A stretch of DNA of 64,000 nt from Eledone cirrhosa. Lineage: Eukaryota. Position numbers and translations under genes: made by a program. The number at the start of each line of letters is the position of its first letter. Positions within the stretch are counted from its first letter, which is position 1. The stretch covers positions 411,866,001 to 411,930,000 of the forward strand of contig OZ024740.1 of the NCBI GenBank assembly GCA_964016885.1. The letters run 5' to 3'. Of this stretch, positions 53,443 to 64,000 are shown piece after piece. The notes below the pieces were generated by a model that saw only the letters and a program-made list of their open reading frames with translations, ran no database searches and was not told where the DNA came from.

Positions 53443-53870
53443 CCGATATATAATGCAGATTAAATAGCTGTTTTCCGGATATTACCTTTTGTAATATTAC
53501 ATTGAGATTTATTAGTGTTGTTGGTAATGAGGCCAACATATTTGATTGACATTAACTGGCATTCTTTCAAGATATATGAGTTTGATTAATAACGCAAATA
53601 ATGTAACAGAAATATATATTTTAAATATATATGTATTGAATCATTCACCTTTTATAAGTATCTCTAAAGAGATATAAATCCAATGAATGTGTCTATAAAT
53701 AACTAAAACTGGAATAGATCATTTTAGTGACCTACCTATATTCAGAGTAAGAAAATAATTGACCTCTTTACTCAATCTTTGATATACAGAACCACAAAAT
53801 GCTTTCCAACTCTTTATCTGTGTAAATATATATATATATATATATTTACACGGAGAAAGAGTTGGAAAGC

Positions 53871-53958
<88 letters not shown>

Positions 53959-53964
53959 GCATTT

Positions 53965-56844
<2,880 letters not shown>

Positions 56845-57769
56845 AAAGAGTAATAATAAATGTAAAGATTAAAATCCGAAGAGGGCTCGATAAGTATTAT
56901 ATATATGTTATATAAATAAACCCGTAGACAAAATATTTATTATTAGAACAGATTAAATTTTAAGCAAAGAATCATTGATTCTACCGATTAAGAGCACCGT
57001 GTGCTTGGCACTTACAACACGGTCTATGTCACGAATTACCTCTTTCAATGCTTTTTCAACATCTGTCTCATTTGCAGGCTCCAGTCCTTTTGTGTTTATG
57101 GACATGCATAAGTAGATGACGTGTTTTTTGCATGTCTGCCAACACCTCATAGAATATGCTACATCAGCACATGATGTTTTAATTTTAGAAGTTTAGACAC
57201 TTGGGCCAAAGGCGCGTCTTTATAGTTAATCTCCTTAATAAACAGCTTGGTTGTTTGGAAGTCGTTGCTGCAATATTATTCTTGTCGTTTTTGTTGTCAT
57301 TTGTTATTTACGGTTATCATTGTTGTTTTGTATTCTGTAATACCTTTTGTTGTTGCAGTGGTGGTGGTGGTGATGAGGTTAGTGGTTATAGTATTGGTAG
57401 TTATAGCATATTTGTCTTGATGTTGTTTTATGTTGCATTTGGTTTATGTAGATTTTATTATGAACGTGTCGTTAAGTCTCATAACGGTCGGAAGTTCGCA
57501 TTATAATTTCCCCGGTAATATTGTTGTTGTTTTTGTTGTTGCTGTCTTTGGCTGTTAAAACTTTCAGCCAGCCCAATATTCAATATTTGTATTCCGCTAT
57601 TTTGAAAGAATATTGTGGGGTTTATTTGGAAAACAAACACAGTTTTAGTCACTATGCGCTACAGGTAGAAATAAATCTAACCAGATCACGAACACAGTGG
57701 TTATTATAATTATAAAGAAATATAACATTTTCAGCAGAATACGTTTGATAAAAATAGGATAACAACAAA

Positions 57770-58315
57770 CTTACGACCAGCAATTTAAAGGAAAGGTAAA
57801 AATTGATTAAATCGTTCCCAATGCGTTACTGTTAATTAATGTTATCGACCTCTTAAGGACGAGAGACAAGTCTGACCTTGGTGGAATGTGGGCTCAGACC
57901 TGTTTACGGCAGGTTGTTCGACACTCTAACTATCCAAATAGTTGTTTCTACATTTGGCACAAGGTCAGCAATTAACCAGTGCATTACTGGTACGTTATTT
58001 TATCGACCCTGTAAGGATGAAGGGCAAAGTTTACCTCGGCGGGATTTGAACTCAGAATGGAAATGGCCGTAACTCTATGCGTCAACCACCGCCCTATCAA
58101 AATAATAATAATTGTTTCTACTTTAGGCACAGGGTTAGCAATTTCATGTGTATGTATGTGGAAATTCGATTAAATCGTTCCCAGTACGTTACCACTACTT
58201 TATTTTATTGACTGCGTAAGGATGAAAGGCAAAGCTAACCACGACGGGATTTGGACTCAGAACGCAAACGGACGTAGGTCCATGCTGTAATGTATGTTGC
58301 CCGACGCTCCACCGT
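57770..58315 (-). mobile_element. Cluster of three SINE copies of different age or subfamily
   Basis: 57770-57905 (old), 57936-58093 (young, internal deletion), 58107-58315 (longer-tailed subfamily). Confidence 0.75.
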
Positions 58316-58348
58316 TAATATATGTGTATTTATGTATATATGAATATG

Positions 58349-58538
<190 letters not shown>

Positions 58539-59229
58539 TATATATATGTATGTGAGTACGTGTGTCTCAGTGTAGCAGTGTGTGTATGTGTTTGAATATG
58601 TGTGTGTATAGACGCTTATCTGCGTAAATGAAAATTACTCTAAGATTACTGAACTAAGCGTAATATTTTATCATGTTTAACGTGTTACTAATCTCATTAA
58701 TTTACCGGTATTTCTTTCTTAATGCAATTATCTTTGCTTTCCGATTTGAGAAACCTATGGAAATGATGTTACGATTTAATTTTTCAAAATCGAAAAAAAA
58801 AAAAAAAATAACAATTATATTTTGTTCTGATATCTAATGTCTGAATGACATAGCATAAACTGTGTTTGTTTCCTATTATTTATTTTCTGTAGATTGTATT
58901 CCTTTTTCTCCTGAGGTAAACAGCTAAGCTTATTTACGGAAACATGCAGACGATCAAATATTTAGCCACTTCTGTGACTTAAAGAATCTCAAGGGATATT
59001 TTAAAAGCTTCATTTTATATAATCATTTTTAGACATTGGAAACTTATCGTGGAGATGCCGTTCAAATTATAACAGTTTACTAATATTTTTAGTGATAATG
59101 GAAATTTGTAAATTCTGTGCTTCAATTCATATGCATTAAGGTAAAAAAAACAAACAATGTGAATATTTCCAACACTATTTCTGACAAGAAACTTCCCTTA
59201 GATATGGTATGAGATGGGATCAAGCTGTA

Positions 59230-60365
59230 TGGAAGAATGATGTTTGAATATATGTTTTTTTTCGCACTTACCAAACAACACCTTAACATGTTGATGGAAC
59301 TACAACTCCTTCCCCCAACACATCTTCACGCTATACAGTGCACATTGTCAATCTTCCGCAGATTGCCCCCTCGAAGCAAACGTTGTCCTGAACTCGTATG
59401 CATATTTGGCTTCGACATCGGTGGCTGGTAACAAGGTGAAACTTACCGGGAAATTTGGTGGCCTCAGCCTCCTGTTTACTTCTAACCTGGCAATGCAGGC
59501 CTATCTATCCTCAATCTCTTCTATCCGCACTCTCACCAACATGTTGCTCCGCAAGGCGGCAGAACATGACGTGTCCCAGGAACTAAAGTCACCTTAAGCT
59601 GAGTGGACCATCGACAGCCTCGCTGTACCACAAATATCCAACATAACTGGGACGACATTAAATGGAGGTCAGTCTTCGGGAAAATTGAGTCTTCCTTGGG
59701 CCAACAACGTCTCGCATGCATCCGATTTGCCGCTGAACCAAACAGTGTTGCGTGGCTCAATTCGTCACTCTTTTCATCGAACATTACTCGTCTTAATGAT
59801 GAATGCAGTGGCACAGGAGTACTCGGCGCCTCGGCCGCTGTGTCTGTGAGTTACAAACATGTCATTGTGGAGCTCTTTTTGACGTCTTCGGTCTGAACCC
59901 TCTATTCAACCGCCATTGTGCAGTCCAGTTTCCCTGAAACGCCAGTCTGAACTTCTACCTCAGAACGTACATTGGCGCAGGTGACTTCCCGTTACAACTG
60001 ACCTCGTCTCTGGCGGAGCTACGCGCCTCGGCGAAATAACTCTTTCCATTCGAGTGAGGTTAATTTCCAATCTGTGACGCGAAGTGTCGAAAAACGTTTT
60101 CCGCCTCCCACCTTGTCGCTTCGGATGCAAACCTGGGCACTGCCGCTCAAAACGCAGGGAAATGGAAGATAACAAGATACCGGTACTTGTCCGGCCGCTT
60201 CATTTTGGTACTGCTCTTAGTTGAGACGTCAGGTATCTTCTCGTTGCTTAATTCAGCTCGTTTTTTTTTTATTACTTTGTTTCTTACATTCCTCTTGTAT
60301 TGTTTCCTTACTGCCCTGTATATTGCACAGTTTTTCTAGTACTGAACATTTTGCAATAAAGTTTT
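59230..60365 (+). mobile_element. Degraded CRE-like non-LTR retrotransposon 3' remnant
   Basis: KFGGLSL..LAMQAYLSS, QHNWD, AWLNS, CHCG..D, RY..L..F..VETSG in the order expected for a CRE-clade thumb, zinc finger and endonuclease; AATAAA at ~60355. Confidence 0.6.
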
Positions 60366-62445
60366 AAGTGGAAACTTAAAACAATAACCCACGTGAACTT
60401 CTTGTTACCGACGCAAATCACATCAGCTTAATTTAATCAATCTACGTCTTGCATTATGAATTCATTACTGACTAAACATGGACATAAAACAAAATATACG
60501 AATACATATAATACCAAAGATTAGTAGATAAGACATTCGTCCTTCATTCATCAAGTCACAGTGCTTTATGTATATTTGACCCAGTTTTGCAATCTCCTAC
60601 TCTGATTTACAAAGGAAACAAGTTTGCAAATCTTGAAATTTCCTCTATACCTTCGTAAAGCTATAAATTTCTTTATATTTCTACCCGACCAATAAGGCTA
60701 ATTATTAGACAGGGAAATATGGCTTGTTTATTTTGAGGTGATTGTTAACGAATTTACCTAGCATACGACAGCCAGTTGTTTTGATTCATTTAGTCACCTA
60801 TGGTTTGCCCTTTTTATGACTTATATTTACTATTTCGTAGTTTATGTGCATTGTGGAAGCATATATTTTCACGTATATTTGTGCATGTCTTTGGTTGAGT
60901 GTGTGTATAAGTGTATGTTGGTATATTATTTGCGTCTGTATTTTTGTGTGTGTATAAATAAATGAATGAAAATAGTGCCACGAATATCGTGCAGAAAGTA
61001 GTGTTAAATGTGTTATAATCCCATTAATTCACTGACAAGTCTCTTTTAATGGAATTATATATCTATCATGATTTGCGAAAGCAACGTAGATGTTTCTTCT
61101 TATACATTATATAGAATTTAAAAAAAGAAAGTCAAAATATCAAAATAGCAATTTCTTGAAATCCTTGCTGACACCTTAACGCATGACACAGAGTACTGCT
61201 GATTACTTGTTAGATTCTAGATAATGTATTCATGACCGAATATATATATATATATATAACATGTGTGTTCATCCTTGCTGAAGATAAAAATATATATACA
61301 ATTCTATGACATAAAATAACAAATATATATTTCTTGGTTATACTTCTCACATTGTTACATTCGTTCGTCTCTAGATTCTTGTATTTGATGGCAGAAGAAG
61401 ACTTCATTAACTTTTACACCCATTGATCTTTTAATACAATGCCTATATAAACGCATTAAAACATGCTTCTCAGTTTGACCGGTGTGCCTTATTCTCTTTA
61501 CACTGAAAAGCAACTACACCAATGATAGAGACGAATGATTTGCTATATTCTAAAGCAGATATAGGCTTGGCACAACTACGGTTAGTGAGATAATTTACCC
61601 AAATGTTAGAAGATGCTACTGTGCACTAGAACTCATTACCATGCAACACATCACCAGGTTTAGTTAACGTATCCAATAACAATCAAAAATAATAATCCCC
61701 GGTTATAAATTAAATTGTTGTAATACGATAGATGTTAGACCAATTCTATAAGCGTAAACACGTGATAACATATTACCTTTCCGGTGAAGAGAAAAATATG
61801 AGATAGATTTATTATGTTTCTCGATGAGGTGACTGTCCCAATATCAGGTTTTATTGATAAAACAAGAAATACACAAACAATACATCGATTAAGGCAATAA
61901 TAAATATTTCTTCATGTTTGTTCATGTCCACCTAAGGGATTGCTTCAATGAAGATATAATCTGAACAAGGTATATCGATGGTTTTGTTAAAAACTTTCAT
62001 CGATGGAACATATATTTGGCTCACGAAATAAAGTATGTGAACAAACGTTTCTCGAGATTGTGAACGAGAATTTCAGTGCTCATGAGAAGTTTAAGAAATC
62101 TATTGCAACAATTGAATGAATCCTCCAGCAAGGTTTCTAAAGTACTTGTGACAGAAGAGTGAAATCCCTGGATGAATGACATAAACATCGTTTTAAAAGC
62201 CATCTGTCCCGAAGGTGGATTAATTAGCCCTATAATCATAGAGGCTGTATTTACTGGAACAATAGCATCACTGATAAGTTCTATGCCACAGAAGATGACA
62301 ATCGTTTAAAACAAAATACATTTTCGACACAATAGACACACAGTGCGATAGGTGACACCAGTGAATCTTCAGATTGTTAGGATATTGATAAGTATAGTTA
62401 TATTCTTAAATCTTTTGAAAATTTTAAATCAAGATATACATTTGT

Positions 62446-62590
<145 letters not shown>

Positions 62591-62961
62591 CGCCAGTGTT
62601 GATTTCGAAGTCACATATACCAGCATCTTGAATGGGAAATACTGGGCATATTTGATAAATGAATACTCCGTCATTCAATATCACCTACCTGGGATAAAGT
62701 ACTGATATGTAGTGCGTTGGGTCGCTAGAACTTGCTTATCATCATGGGTGTGAATCTTCCTCTTTTCTTGAAAAAGAACACATGACCGCTCTGCCAAAAT
62801 TACTGCTACAGTACATGGCAGTGGAGTTACTAAGCCACGATGCTGGAAAACGGAACGAAACGCCTGTCGAGAATGTTATATCCTCGTTCCATCTTAGGAT
62901 ACATCACTGGCTTGGATGTTACGCCACTTGGCGTGTAGCTTTCAGTTTCCCAGAAACCAAT

Positions 62962-62999
<38 letters not shown>

Positions 63000-63004
<5 letters not shown>

Positions 63005-63191
63005 GTTTCTACTTTTGGCACAAGGCCTGCAATTATCCCATGTGTATTACTGGTACTTTATTTTATCCACCCCGTAAGGATGAAAGGCAAAATTAATCGG
63101 TGGGATTTGAACAAATAATGGCAAGGGCCGTAACTCTATGCGTCAAAGCATGGCGTCCGAACCTCTACCGATACTGCCAATCCACCGCCCC
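63000..63191 (-). mobile_element. Full-length SINE (second subfamily)
   Basis: Reverse complement of the 32996-33183 type, including the GGGCGGTGG start. Confidence 0.9.
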
Positions 63192-63594
63192 TTATATAAT
63201 ATTATATTTATATAATATCTCTCGATCAGGTATAGGTTCGTCTTTAATCTGCTTGTATTTTCGGTGCTGTAGTGGCTTTGTTAGCAACTTGTCTCAAGTC
63301 GTAACTTTCACAGTGTCACACTCCTAAAGTATTGTTATTACTCTGAGGTCAAATTTATCGATTTATTGATATCATAAGTACTTTGAGCCAGCCCCAGAAG
63401 ATTGATTTCGAAAAATGCTAATCGCAACTGAAACTTCGATTCTACTCAATAGTTTATATGTATATATATATATATATATAAAACATATATATCAATGAAA
63501 TAGTGTTTAAGGCAAATTGTGTGTAATCGGGTAATATTCAATAATACCCTTATCTTATTTACATTTACATATATAAGTATAACTATATATATAC

Positions 63595-63668
<74 letters not shown>

Positions 63669-63690
63669 TTATTTACATATATAAGTATAA

Positions 63691-63764
<74 letters not shown>

Positions 63765-63812
63765 GACGTAAAATAAGAAAATTATAAAAATTAACTTACT
63801 TACTAAAATTTC

Positions 63813-63894
63813 ACTCCAACTAATTAGTTTCTGAAAGGGAATAAACATGGTTTCCGAATGGAAAGCATGGATATACCTTTCGTCATCAGGAAGT
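63813..63894 (-). ncRNA. Type I hammerhead ribozyme motif with extended stem II
   Basis: ACTTC-CTGATGA-C GAAAGG..CCTTTC A-GAAA-CTAATTAG-TT-GGAGT; palindromic stem III; GUU triplet. Confidence 0.68.
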
Positions 63895-64000
63895 CTGTTC
63901 TCAGCTAAGTTACCAGGCGATGCGTGGACACAGGGAACTTATACAAAAATAATTCAGTGGATGGAATAAAGCAAGCGTGGACTAAATTCCAAGACATTGA

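Noticed and set aside
61900-62240. Minus-strand IIGLINPPS..DSFN, weakly APE-like
   Set aside because: Too degenerate to support by eye.

Overview
AT-rich eukaryotic (metazoan) genomic DNA with no recognisable host gene. The tRNA-derived SINE family and dense (TA)n/(CA)n/(AG)n microsatellites suggest an octopod cephalopod (inference). The dominant structure is a ~23.7 kb gap-free array of retroelements (3945-27683). It holds three minus-strand R4/Dong-type non-LTR elements (RT plus restriction-like endonuclease), three plus-strand Tx1-type elements (ORF1 plus APE-RT ORF2) and one SINE, joined at nearly every junction by (TTA)n. The rest of the window holds a third Tx1 family fragment, three lineages of Penelope-like elements (GIY-YIG), at least six complete-core hammerhead ribozyme motifs (several in fold-back palindromes), about a dozen SINE copies, Helitron-like non-autonomous pieces and a CRE-like remnant. 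All coding sequences are transposon-derived and mostly disrupted. All alignments and folds were done by eye.
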